Assembly (NCBI RefSeq): GCF_000971975.1
Contig: NZ_LAQO01000003.1
Location: 175,181-207,180, forward strand
Length of the DNA stretch: 32,000 nucleotides
Direction: 5' to 3'
Source: Paenibacillus algorifonticola
Lineage (GTDB): Bacteria > Bacillota > Bacilli > Paenibacillales > Paenibacillaceae
The notes under the pieces were generated by a model. The model had not been told where the DNA came from, did no database searches, and saw only the letters and a program-made list of their open reading frames with translations. This document shows, piece after piece, positions 1-8,730 of the stretch (the first letter of the stretch is position 1; the number at the start of each line of letters is the position of its first letter). The position numbers and the translations under genes are program-made.

Positions 1-169
1 ATACCGAATTACAAATTGAAATCAACTTAGAAAACCTCACCCAAATTGAAATAACTTGCTTAAAATCCGATTAAGCTTTCATCATTTTGCTTTCTTTAAA
101 TACCACGATATATGCATTTTTTAATAGTGAAATCATTTCTTGATTAAAGTTAGAGGAGAGAATACAAAG

Positions 170-919
170 ATGGATAAGGATCTATTAAAACAGCTCACTC
201 TTTGGCATAACAAGGACCAGTATGAGAAAATCATTAACAAAATTATGGAAATACCCGAAGCAGACAGGGACTATGACTTAGTTTGCCATTTGGCAAGAGC
301 ATTGAATAATCAAGAAAATTATAATGAAGCGATTAAATATTTTTTATCTGTGCAAAAGCAAGGCGAGCATGACCCTCTTTGGCATTATCGATTAGGATAT
401 GCTTATTATTACCTTGAACAGTATAAGGAAGCGATCGTTGCTTTTGAACAAGCTGTAGCACTAGACCCTGAAGATACACATGGCAGGACGTTTTTAGAAA
501 TGAGCCGCAACGCCGCTAGTAGAGCAGGAAATGAAACCATCCCTATAGTTAAAGTTGAACAGGATGAGGGTTTGTTAGAAGTTAATGAAAAAATAAATCC
601 ATTTGGGCTAGTTTCGCATAATAACGGAAGCCTATCAATGATTTTAAGTGTTGGCAAATATAAGCATGAAATTTTTAAAACACGAGCCGAAGAAGGATTT
701 GAGGGCAATGGCTATGATTGGGGTTCATTAGCAGCCGTGTTTCTTGAAGAAAAAATGCCTCATTTAGTTGATATCGTGCGATTTGACCCTGAAGCCGATA
801 TGTTCGCTGCTTATACAGACAATAGAGAAGCAATACTTAGTTTTGCAATAGCCTTTAAGGAAGCATGTGAAGATGACTCATTAATAAAAGACCTATTTTC
901 ACGAGCTGAATTAGATTAA
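170..919 (+). CDS. TPR-repeat protein with C-terminal immunity-protein-like domain (tentatively Imm51-like)
   Basis: ORF 140..919. GAGGAG at 153-158 favours ATG 170 (MDKDLLKQ). The N-terminal half has a TPR-type pattern (YNEAIKYF...WHYRLGYAYYYLEQYKEAIVAFEQAVALDP). The C-terminal ~110 aa (EGNGYDWGSLAAVFL...FDPEADMF) resembles small polymorphic-toxin immunity proteins; that family assignment is from memory only. Confidence 0.6.
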   Translation: MDKDLLKQLTLWHNKDQYEKIINKIMEIPEADRDYDLVCHLARALNNQENYNEAIKYFLSVQKQGEHDPLWHYRLGYAYYYLEQYKEAIVAFEQAVALDPEDTHGRTFLEMSRNAASRAGNETIPIVKVEQDEGLLEVNEKINPFGLVSHNNGSLSMILSVGKYKHEIFKTRAEEGFEGNGYDWGSLAAVFLEEKMPHLVDIVRFDPEADMFAAYTDNREAILSFAIAFKEACEDDSLIKDLFSRAELD

Positions 920-1001
920 TTGGAAATATCAAGGTACAACAGTATCCTCAGTTGCAATGAAATGACATTAGCCGATCCAACATTCTAGAGGTGATGACCG
1001 T

Positions 1002-1925
1002 ATGGGAACATGGAGTGCTGAGGTTTTTGGTAATGACACCTCGTGTGAGATCAAGGAATATTTCTATGAGCAGTATAATCGGGGTTCTGAAGTTACTGAG
1101 ATTGTCAGCGAATTACAAGAGAAATTTACTTATAGCTTAAATAGTACAGATGATAGAAACAATGTATTATTTGCGTTGTCCTATTGCCTTTGGGAAACCA
1201 AATGCTTAGAGGATTCGCTGCTAGAGCAAGTCGCTCAGATCATTGAGAGTGGGAGTGACTTAACTGTCTGTGAACAGCTTGGAGCAAATGTACCATTTAT
1301 TAACCAGCGAAAAAAGTATTTACATACATTTATCGCCAAAATTAGCGTACCCAAAAGTATAGCAAAAAAGAGGGTCAAGCCACCTACGCAATTTGAAAGT
1401 GATTATCACAATGGCAGCTGCCTTACTTTTCAATATCCCAGTGGCTTATACGGTGGCATTATCATTATCGACTGCGCCTTTTATCGTAACCGAGGTTCAA
1501 TGCGCATAGCATTCACCGATATTGAGCAGCACTCTGAACCCGATTATAACGATTTTCTAGCCTCTCGCCTGACCAACTTCAGCTGGGAGGGAGTATGGGG
1601 AGAGGCAAACAAGTATGCCGCCTTTGAGGGTAAGACTGCCCGCATTTCTACCTATCCGTTGAGCTATGATCATGCTAAAGAGCGTGCTTCTTATTTTGAG
1701 TATAACGATAAGTTCTTCACAATTGTGGGCGAGCTCCCTAAATACACACAATGCCTACTAGCTACAGTTGGCATTGGAGTCCATTACAATCTTGCTTATC
1801 CTGAGTTCGCCATCTCTATGAAAAAGACATTACTATATTGGAAGCAGAATGAAGACCTATACCGTAAAAAAGTTTCTAAGGAAACGATTACTAAATTAAA
1901 TAACTTATTAGTCCTCAACAAATAG
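1002..1925 (+). CDS. DUF4259-like N-terminal domain protein (possible orphan immunity protein), function unknown
   Basis: 307-aa ORF with AGAGGTGA upstream of ATG 1002. The N-terminus MGTWSAEVFGNDTSCE matches the GTW..F.ND signature I associate with DUF4259. The remainder is unassigned. Confidence 0.6.
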   Translation: MGTWSAEVFGNDTSCEIKEYFYEQYNRGSEVTEIVSELQEKFTYSLNSTDDRNNVLFALSYCLWETKCLEDSLLEQVAQIIESGSDLTVCEQLGANVPFINQRKKYLHTFIAKISVPKSIAKKRVKPPTQFESDYHNGSCLTFQYPSGLYGGIIIIDCAFYRNRGSMRIAFTDIEQHSEPDYNDFLASRLTNFSWEGVWGEANKYAAFEGKTARISTYPLSYDHAKERASYFEYNDKFFTIVGELPKYTQCLLATVGIGVHYNLAYPEFAISMKKTLLYWKQNEDLYRKKVSKETITKLNNLLVLNK

Positions 1926-2154
1926 CTGTTTACGTATTTTCATATCATAAATAATTAACTGAGTCCGGCTTTTGATATCCCATTTGCGGAATATATTCGT
2001 GAGGTGCTTCTTTACCGTCGATTCACTAATTATATAAAAGCTGAGCAAATTCCATATTCGAATGTCCCTCTACGATCATTTCAACGGCCTTGGTTTCCTG
2101 AGGTGTCAGGATTTTCAGTGGTAATTGTTTCAGGGACCTTTGCAGGACTATTAT
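1908..2154 (-). pseudogene. LuxR/GerE-type HTH domain remnant (no start codon, internal frameshift)
   Basis: Minus-strand translation reads ..LTPQETKAVEMIVEGHSNMEFAQLLY, then an in-frame TAG at 2026-2028. It resumes one frame over as ISESTVKKHLTNIFRKWDIKSRTQLIIY. This is the classic LuxR C-terminal HTH (SN.EIA..L.IS..TVK.H..NI..K) broken by a single extra A. A stop lies just upstream (2155-2157), there is no ATG, and no receiver domain is present. Confidence 0.55.
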
Positions 2155-2309
2155 CTAATTTTTTAGTATATCTTTTTTTCTGAGAAGAGAAATAAAATTA
2201 GAAAAATCATTGAATATGTAGAACAAACAAATGAAAGGGCATTCCAGGTGTATTAAAGAAACTATCTTATTTGGAAAATTAGAATGCCTAAAAGAAAGTG
2301 GAGATGAAC

Positions 2310-2798
2310 ATGTACATAAGCAAATGGTGGGGAGATTTAATTGGCGGTTCCGATGATTCGCTTGCATTAATAGACTATTTGGAACAATTGGACTTAACGG
2401 ATGTGACGCTCATTCAGATTTTAAAGGACCTTGGTTTCGATATTTTGCTTTCTGAGGGGGACTTGAAAAACGGCGGAAATATTGGATTTGATATGAGAAG
2501 TGCTAACGGCATGTTTCGGGTAGAACTTGATATTGCCTGCGGTGCTCTAATCGATCTTTCAGCCATTGTGCTGGAGAGTCTTAAATCAGGCTATGTCGAT
2601 TTGCATGATTTGGATGAGGCTAGGCAGCCGCGCAAACTTTATATTGATGCCTCCGAAGAAAAAAGAAACCTGCTTCGGGATGAATTGAACAAGTTTTCCC
2701 GTAATCCGCTGTCCTACGATTTAGCCGAGCTTGTTCCGGCCGATGATATGAGGGAGCTTGCGGAAAAGGCAAAAATGATCGCAGATGAGCTGTTATAA
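2310..2798 (+). CDS. hypothetical acidic protein
   Basis: ORF 2298..2798. GGAG at 2299-2302 favours ATG 2310 (MYISKWWGDL). No recognisable motif. Same strand as the neighbouring immunity-like genes. Confidence 0.55.
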   Translation: MYISKWWGDLIGGSDDSLALIDYLEQLDLTDVTLIQILKDLGFDILLSEGDLKNGGNIGFDMRSANGMFRVELDIACGALIDLSAIVLESLKSGYVDLHDLDEARQPRKLYIDASEEKRNLLRDELNKFSRNPLSYDLAELVPADDMRELAEKAKMIADELL

Positions 2799-3118
2799 GT
2801 TGGTCTTAGCCTTTGGATATGGGCAGGTTTAGCGATTTCGCTCCGCGCCGGATTTTTCGCTGATAGACCCGATAAGCTGAACCGAATCACAAATTATCAT
2901 CGGAAGAGAGGGATATCGCTATGAAGTGTGTTAGTAAAACTATGCTTCGTGAAATTTTACCGATGCAAAGTTACGAGACTCGCTCCATGCAAAGTCTAAT
3001 TTTTTCAATTTGGTGAGGTGAGTTCTATTGAACTTTTGGTTGATGGAGAACATAAAGAAAGCTTAATGGGACACATCGATTTGGAACGTCCAATGATCAG
3101 AAATGAGGATAGAGAACA

Positions 3119-4420
3119 TTGATTTTTAGAATATTCAAACCATTAATCACAGTAATCGTCGTTTGTATACTGGCAATATATGTGTTACCGCTCTCAGTTT
3201 CAGCCACGAACCAAGGAACACTTAACTCATCGGGGATGTCTGACATACCGACTGTGGAATCATTGCATCTTAATGTTAAATCCGCCATTCTCATTGAACA
3301 AACTACAGGAGATGTTCTATTGTCCATCAATGCCGATCAGGGCTTTGCGCCGGCAAGTATGGTCAAAATGATGACAGAGTACATTGTTGCCAAAAAAGTT
3401 AGAACAGGAGAACTATCCTGGGATGACATCGTTACAGTCAGCGATCATGCATCTAAAAGCATAGGTACCCGTGCATTTCTTGCAGAAGGAGATCAGCATA
3501 CGGTAAAAGAACTGTACACCGCAATGGCAGTGGGATCCGCGAATGATGCTGCGATTGCTCTTTCTGAGCATGTATCGGGCACAGAACAGAACTTTGTAAC
3601 ACTTATGAATGAGGAAGCCAAACGCATGGAACTGACTAAAACCCATTTTATCAATGCTACCGGACTGAGCCGCGCCGACATGCCAGAAGGCTTTCGCCCT
3701 GATGAAATGGGAGAAACGCTGATGTCAGCAAAAGACGTGGCCACATTGGCGAAAAACCTTATTCAAGATGAACCAGATTATGCTGATGTCACATCCATTC
3801 CATTTTACAAGATGCGTAAGTCCGATAAAGATCCAATTGTCAATTCAAACCGGATGCTAGAGACTAACAAAGCTATTCCGAGTTATGCTTATGAGGGCTT
3901 GGATGGGCTCAAGACAGGATATACCGAAAGCGCAGGCTATTGCTTTACCGGAACTGCAGAGCGCAATGGTATGCGTTTAATCAGTGTTGTCATGGGGACT
4001 CCATCGATGGGGAGCCGCTTCGAAGAGACGGCAAAGGTATTAGACTATGGATTCAATCACTTTACAATGAATCAAGTAATTCCTGCTGGGAGTTTAGTCA
4101 CTGGGATGGAAACATCTCCTGTCAAGGGCGGGAAAGAAAAAAATGTTCAGATAGTAACAAAAGATGATGTTTATTTTATTCTCCCGAAATCAGATGTATC
4201 TACACAACCTATTGCTACAGTCAATTTAGTTCCAGGTGGGCTCGCTGCCCCTGTGGTAGCTGGTACAAAAGCTGGAACGGCGACATTTACTTACGTAGTC
4301 AAAGGGCAAAGCGTCGTACAATTAAGAACTGTTGATTTAATCACTGAGCGAACAGTGGAGAAAGAAAACTGGTTTATGTTACTTCTTCGGTCAATTGGTG
4401 GTTTCTTTAGTGCTGATTAG
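3119..4420 (+). CDS. D-alanyl-D-alanine carboxypeptidase (PBP5/DacA-like, serine-type)
   Basis: 433-aa ORF. It has an N-terminal signal/anchor (ITVIVVCILAIYVLPLSVSA), SxxK (ASMVKMMT), SxN (GSANDAA), KTG (LKTGYT) and a C-terminal amphipathic tail (WFMLLLRSIGGFFSAD). TTG start with GAGGA about 10 nt upstream. Confidence 0.9.
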   Translation: MIFRIFKPLITVIVVCILAIYVLPLSVSATNQGTLNSSGMSDIPTVESLHLNVKSAILIEQTTGDVLLSINADQGFAPASMVKMMTEYIVAKKVRTGELSWDDIVTVSDHASKSIGTRAFLAEGDQHTVKELYTAMAVGSANDAAIALSEHVSGTEQNFVTLMNEEAKRMELTKTHFINATGLSRADMPEGFRPDEMGETLMSAKDVATLAKNLIQDEPDYADVTSIPFYKMRKSDKDPIVNSNRMLETNKAIPSYAYEGLDGLKTGYTESAGYCFTGTAERNGMRLISVVMGTPSMGSRFEETAKVLDYGFNHFTMNQVIPAGSLVTGMETSPVKGGKEKNVQIVTKDDVYFILPKSDVSTQPIATVNLVPGGLAAPVVAGTKAGTATFTYVVKGQSVVQLRTVDLITERTVEKENWFMLLLRSIGGFFSAD

Positions 4421-4670
4421 CAGTGTCAAGATGCTTTGAAAGATTATGAATTGGAGAACGAATAGGGTCTTTTAATTTGAACGGAATGATAAACAAAAAA
4501 GAAATATACAGCAGAACGATTTCGAGTGGAGACTGATCCCGATACTTGATCAGTTGAATATAAGAAGTCTTGCTAAGTCACTCCATGATTGAAACCATTT
4601 TCGAGCAGGAAAGAAGCTGCCAAGTTTGAAGAGGGGTTTAAACTCGTCTTCTTTCATAAGTTGTCTCTTA

Positions 4671-4727
4671 CAACCGATGGAATACAGGTAACCACTCCTG
4701 ATTTTCCATCGGTTGTTCTATTTTTGT
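4671..4727 (+). terminator. rho-independent terminator-like hairpin
   Basis: CAACCGATGGAA (4671-4682) pairs perfectly with TTCCATCGGTTG (4704-4715). It is followed by TTCTATTTTTGTG. No convincing ORF lies immediately upstream, so the terminated transcript is unknown. Confidence 0.5.
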
Positions 4728-4824
4728 GATGAAATTTTTTGCAGTAAAAAGCTTTTTTCAGAATGAAGATTTTTTCTTCGAGTAAAAGGGATGTAAGTTT
4801 GACCGCTTTTACAGTTAAGTATAT

Positions 4825-4866
4825 ATGTTCTTGTCTTTTAAGGTACTATGTTCTTGTCCTCCGACA
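4825..4866 (-). repeat. solo transposon-end-like repeat, copy A (GGACAAGAAC family)
   Basis: Read on the minus strand: TGTCGGAGGACAAGAACATAGTACCTTAAAAGACAAGAACAT. That is a TGT terminus followed by two direct GACAAGAAC sites about 23 bp apart. The terminal 19 nt recur at 17561-17579 and 27926-27944. The layout resembles the Tn7 terminus TGTGGGCGGACAA. Confidence 0.6.
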
Positions 4867-4872
4867 ACCGAC

Positions 4873-4877
4873 ACACA
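4873..4877. repeat. 5-bp target-site duplication ACACA (tnsA-proximal copy)
   Basis: ACACA immediately precedes the TGT terminus at 4878. The identical pentamer follows the ACA terminus at 15035-15039. Confidence 0.8.
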
Positions 4878-5018
4878 TGTCCAATGACACAAAACAACCC
4901 CCAATTCACTTCCAGAATTTACTGGACATATCAGTGAATTGGGGGTATATTTGTGTCAAGATAAAATGACACAAATATACCCCCGAATTAAGAGTTCGTC
5001 ACAATACTTCCCTCAAAT
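4878..5018. repeat. tnsA-proximal transposon end with four TnsB-type binding repeats
   Basis: Motif copies are TGACACAAAACAACCCCCAATT (4885-), its inverted copy (4933-4958), TGACACAAATATACCCCCGAATT (4967-) and TCGTCACAATACTTCCCTCAAAT (4996-5018). Confidence 0.8.
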
Positions 5019-5083
5019 AAAGAGTTTTCTTACCGCTGATCAGCGGCGACAAGATGAACAATTTACGAAAATGAGGTGAAAGC

Positions 5084-5749
5084 GTGTACACACCAATCCC
5101 CATGAAGCGCAGCACTCGATACGGTAATAATTATTGGGAAGCATTCAGCGTCAAAATGAATCGAGATGTACGATTTTTTAGTGACCTGGAATACGATCAT
5201 TGGATTCTCGTTGAAGCTGATTCGGACATTGTTGCCTTCTGTGAACAGCCCAAGCGAATACAAGTCGAATGGCAAGGAGAATTGGTAGAATCCATTTTTG
5301 ACATGTGGATTCAGCGAATGAACGGAACGGAGTGCTTCTTGGAAGTGAAATACGCTTCTGAACTTGACCCTAACGACAAAAGATTTTCATCAAGATCTTA
5401 TAAACAAACGAATGCTCAAGCAAAATGGTGCCAAGAAAATGGTTACAATCATCTCATTCGAACCGATAAAGACATCCGATCAAACTTGATTTATTTGAAT
5501 AATTTGAAAACTATCATACCATACATTCAACAACGCCCTGTTCTTGTGGAAACGGTCCAATATCAAATTATGAATGTTCTAGGTAAGACCTCCAAAACCA
5601 CGATAGAAGGGATAGAACAAGCGCTTCCGGTTCTTGGTCGTCAACGGATTCGGGAAACTGTGTATCAGCTGATTTATCGGGGAATGATTGACTCTACAAT
5701 CACTCACAAACCTTTAGATTCAAAAACAGAGGTGTGGAGCAATGCCTAA
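5084..5749 (+). CDS. tnsA: TnsA-like transposition endonuclease
   Basis: 221 aa with GAGGTGA before GTG 5084. Restriction-endonuclease-like E/D/K triad context (SDLEYDHW, SIFDMWI, FLEVKY), as in Tn7 TnsA. Its 3' end overlaps tnsB by 8 nt. Confidence 0.85.
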   Translation: MYTPIPMKRSTRYGNNYWEAFSVKMNRDVRFFSDLEYDHWILVEADSDIVAFCEQPKRIQVEWQGELVESIFDMWIQRMNGTECFLEVKYASELDPNDKRFSSRSYKQTNAQAKWCQENGYNHLIRTDKDIRSNLIYLNNLKTIIPYIQQRPVLVETVQYQIMNVLGKTSKTTIEGIEQALPVLGRQRIRETVYQLIYRGMIDSTITHKPLDSKTEVWSNA

Positions 5750-7706
5750 AAAAAGATGGATTGAGAATGAGAAAATTGATCCGGCACATTTAGATACATC
5801 AATCTGGCCGATTGTTCATGAAGATAAATTGGATTCTAATGACAAAGAGACTTTTTTTGCGAGAAAAAAGGCCATCGACATGTATATGAAGAATGAGCGC
5901 CCACTCCATGAAATTAGCGCCGTTACACTCATTGACAGGAAAGATATATTGGCATTTGTGAAGAGATGCCTTTCTTACGATGACCAAGGTAGAATCTGGG
6001 GTTATAGAGCACTTATTCCCAGGAAACGTTTAAAACAATATGAACGCAAGTCTCTACCTATATTATCAACGCAGGACGAGCTATCCAAAATGACGGGCGC
6101 TTTTACATTGCTATTAAAGCAGTATCCTACCGTTAAAGAAACGATTGACAATTTGTATTTGGGTAGAAATACAAAACGAGAAGTACGATCCCCTAAAATT
6201 AGTGTGAAAGATCTTCATGGTAAACTCTTGGATGCCTGTACGAAGGCAGGTATTACATCCAGTGAATATCCATTTATAAGTGGAGATTTAGGAAAACGGT
6301 CGTTATATCGTTATGTCGATATTCTTGAACAATGGCATTTTGGCGAAGCCGCTAAACGCTACGGTGAGAATGCAAGTCAAAAAGCAAGACATACAGGAAT
6401 AGGCGCTCCGAATGCCCCTTCACCAGTTAGACCTTTGGAACGTGTTCAATTTGACGGACATCGAATAGATTGTTCAATTGCCATCGTGTTCCACACGCCA
6501 GAAGGCGACGAAATTGTGGAGGTAATGGATCGCCTTTGGTTACTCTGCATCATTGATGTTGCGACAAGAATCATCTTGGGTCACCATCTTAGCTTTAATA
6601 AGGAGTATTCCGCTAGCGATGTACTGCATTGCATTAAAAAAGCTGTCATGCCCAAAGAAGTGCTTCAATTAACAATCCCAGGATTAACTTATCACCCGAA
6701 TGGCGGTTATGCATCAAGGCTGTTTCCTGAAATGGAATGGGCTTTGTGGGATGAGTTTCATCTTGATAATGGTAAATCTAATTTAGCGAATCAAGTCAGA
6801 GATCGACTAAAACGAACCATAGGTTGCTCGGTTAATGCTGGTCCTGTGGCATTGCCAATGAGAAGAGGAATAATTGAAAGGTTTTTCGAAACGTTAGAAG
6901 AAAATGGGTTCCATCGTCTAGTAAACACAACCGGCAGCAACCCAAAAGATCCACGACGGCAAGATCCGGAGAAAAAAGCAGTGAAATATCGGATTACCGC
7001 TGAGCACATAGAAGAACTGACAGATGTACTCATATCCAACTACAACGGAACGAAACATGAAGGAATAAATCTTTTGACACCGCTGCAATGTTTAGAACAA
7101 CGTTTAAACAGAGGTTTACTTCCACGAGTTATGACTGAGGAAAAGAGACAGGAAATCGCTTTTCTTTCTCTTGCAGCAAATCGAGTTGTTCAAGGAAACA
7201 TTAGCCAAGGAAAGCGTCCTTTTATTTATTACGAGGGGACTGAATATCGTAATGAAGTATTATCACGAAGTCCTGAACTTATTGGTACCCCATTAGATCT
7301 ACTGGTGAATATCGACGATCTCCGAGTAATTAGAGCATTTTTGCCTGATGGAAGTGAGTTTGGCACACTTACGGCCAATGGAAAATGGGGTATTACGCCG
7401 CATTCACTTCAAGTTAGAAAACAGATAAACAAATTAAAAAAGTTGAAAATACTGCATTTCACCAATTACGATGATCCAATTGAATGCTATCACAGATATT
7501 TGCAAGAACAGGCTAAAACGAGCCGATCGGATCGTAATCGGTTAGCTGCACTTCAACGAAGTAAAAAAAAGGAGAAAGAGAAATTGGTCTCCAAAGAGGT
7601 TCTTCCTGATGATACTCAGAGCGAAAATGTTGTTCCATTAATAGAAGCATCCACTAAAAAGAGTATGAATATAGATCGAAAACGGTTTAGGACCATTACT
7701 TATTAG
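5742..7706 (+). CDS. tnsB: TnsB-like DDE transposase (retroviral-integrase superfamily)
   Basis: 654 aa. Candidate DDE residues sit in VQFDGHRID, FHLDNGKSN and GIIERFFETLEE, with about 105 and 36 aa spacing, similar to Tn7 TnsB. Basic C-terminal tail. Confidence 0.88.
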   Translation: MPKKRWIENEKIDPAHLDTSIWPIVHEDKLDSNDKETFFARKKAIDMYMKNERPLHEISAVTLIDRKDILAFVKRCLSYDDQGRIWGYRALIPRKRLKQYERKSLPILSTQDELSKMTGAFTLLLKQYPTVKETIDNLYLGRNTKREVRSPKISVKDLHGKLLDACTKAGITSSEYPFISGDLGKRSLYRYVDILEQWHFGEAAKRYGENASQKARHTGIGAPNAPSPVRPLERVQFDGHRIDCSIAIVFHTPEGDEIVEVMDRLWLLCIIDVATRIILGHHLSFNKEYSASDVLHCIKKAVMPKEVLQLTIPGLTYHPNGGYASRLFPEMEWALWDEFHLDNGKSNLANQVRDRLKRTIGCSVNAGPVALPMRRGIIERFFETLEENGFHRLVNTTGSNPKDPRRQDPEKKAVKYRITAEHIEELTDVLISNYNGTKHEGINLLTPLQCLEQRLNRGLLPRVMTEEKRQEIAFLSLAANRVVQGNISQGKRPFIYYEGTEYRNEVLSRSPELIGTPLDLLVNIDDLRVIRAFLPDGSEFGTLTANGKWGITPHSLQVRKQINKLKKLKILHFTNYDDPIECYHRYLQEQAKTSRSDRNRLAALQRSKKKEKEKLVSKEVLPDDTQSENVVPLIEASTKKSMNIDRKRFRTITY

Positions 7707-7719
7707 CGGAGGGAGAGTC

Positions 7720-8730
7720 ATGGTAAATCAACCTAGTCCCATCGAAAAAAGTTCTGCCTTGTCACCGCCAAGACCGTATGTGGCTCAAGGTACTCATCCC
7801 ATTGAGACCGGAAGATACCTGCTGCCGACGAACGAAATTATTCGTATGTATGATACCGTTGCCCAATGGATCACAAATCGTTCACCCGGCGGGATGATTT
7901 ACGGCAGACCGAGACTCGGGAAATCAAGAGCCATTACGTATCTTTCATACGAACTTCCGAATGAATTCGGTAATCATCTCCCGATATTTACTATGAAATG
8001 TCGACAATACAAACAACCGAGTGAGAGTAGCTTCTTTGAAGATATATTGAATGATGTAGGGCACGCTTTGCCCTTTAACGGAAAAGCCAATTTAAAAAGA
8101 GATCGACTATATCGATACTTTGTAGAAAAGGCTGAACGCTCAGCTCAAAAACGTATTATTTTGTTCATCGATGATGCTCAACGTCTTTTTGAAATTCAAT
8201 ATGGCTGGTTGATGGATATTTACAACGAACTTGATAGTTCAGGCATTAGCATGACAGTTATCTTGGTTGGACAGGAGGAACTTGTTCATCAACGCAGCGC
8301 ATTTATTCAAGCCAAGAAAGCTCAGATCATCGGAAGATTTATGGTTCACGAATTCAATTTTAAAGGAATAGTCGACGCCGATGATATGGCTGTTTGTTTG
8401 TCCGGTTACGACAATATTTCAGAATATCCTGAAAATAGCGGATGGTCCTTTACACGTTACTTTTTTCCAGATGGGTTTGATCATCATGGATGTCGTCTTG
8501 AGAATTGTGCAAAGGATCTATTTAGCATATTTACGAATCTTCGCAAAGAACACGGACTTACAAGAGCAACTGAAATACCAATGCAATATTTAACGCTAAC
8601 AGTTGAAAATGCACTTCGTCATTTTGGAGCAAATGGAGAGGATCTTCACTGGCTGAACAATGAGCAATGGAAATCCTCGATTACTAGCTCTGGTTACATT
8701 GAAGCCGAGACATACCACGAAGTGGTATGA
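7720..8730 (+). CDS. tnsC: TnsC/TniB-like AAA+ ATPase transposition regulator
   Basis: 336 aa. Walker A GRPRLGKS and Walker B ILFIDDAQ. GGAGGGAG RBS. Lies between tnsB and tniQ. Confidence 0.85.
   Translation: MVNQPSPIEKSSALSPPRPYVAQGTHPIETGRYLLPTNEIIRMYDTVAQWITNRSPGGMIYGRPRLGKSRAITYLSYELPNEFGNHLPIFTMKCRQYKQPSESSFFEDILNDVGHALPFNGKANLKRDRLYRYFVEKAERSAQKRIILFIDDAQRLFEIQYGWLMDIYNELDSSGISMTVILVGQEELVHQRSAFIQAKKAQIIGRFMVHEFNFKGIVDADDMAVCLSGYDNISEYPENSGWSFTRYFFPDGFDHHGCRLENCAKDLFSIFTNLRKEHGLTRATEIPMQYLTLTVENALRHFGANGEDLHWLNNEQWKSSITSSGYIEAETYHEVV

Noticed and set aside
409-708. 99-aa minus-strand ORF
   Set aside because: It is antisense to the TPR/immunity-like gene. It has no RBS and no motifs.
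4763-4969. 68-aa ORF spanning the left transposon boundary
   Set aside because: It runs across repeat copy A, the target duplication and the terminal TnsB-type repeats. It has no RBS and its composition is driven by the repeats.
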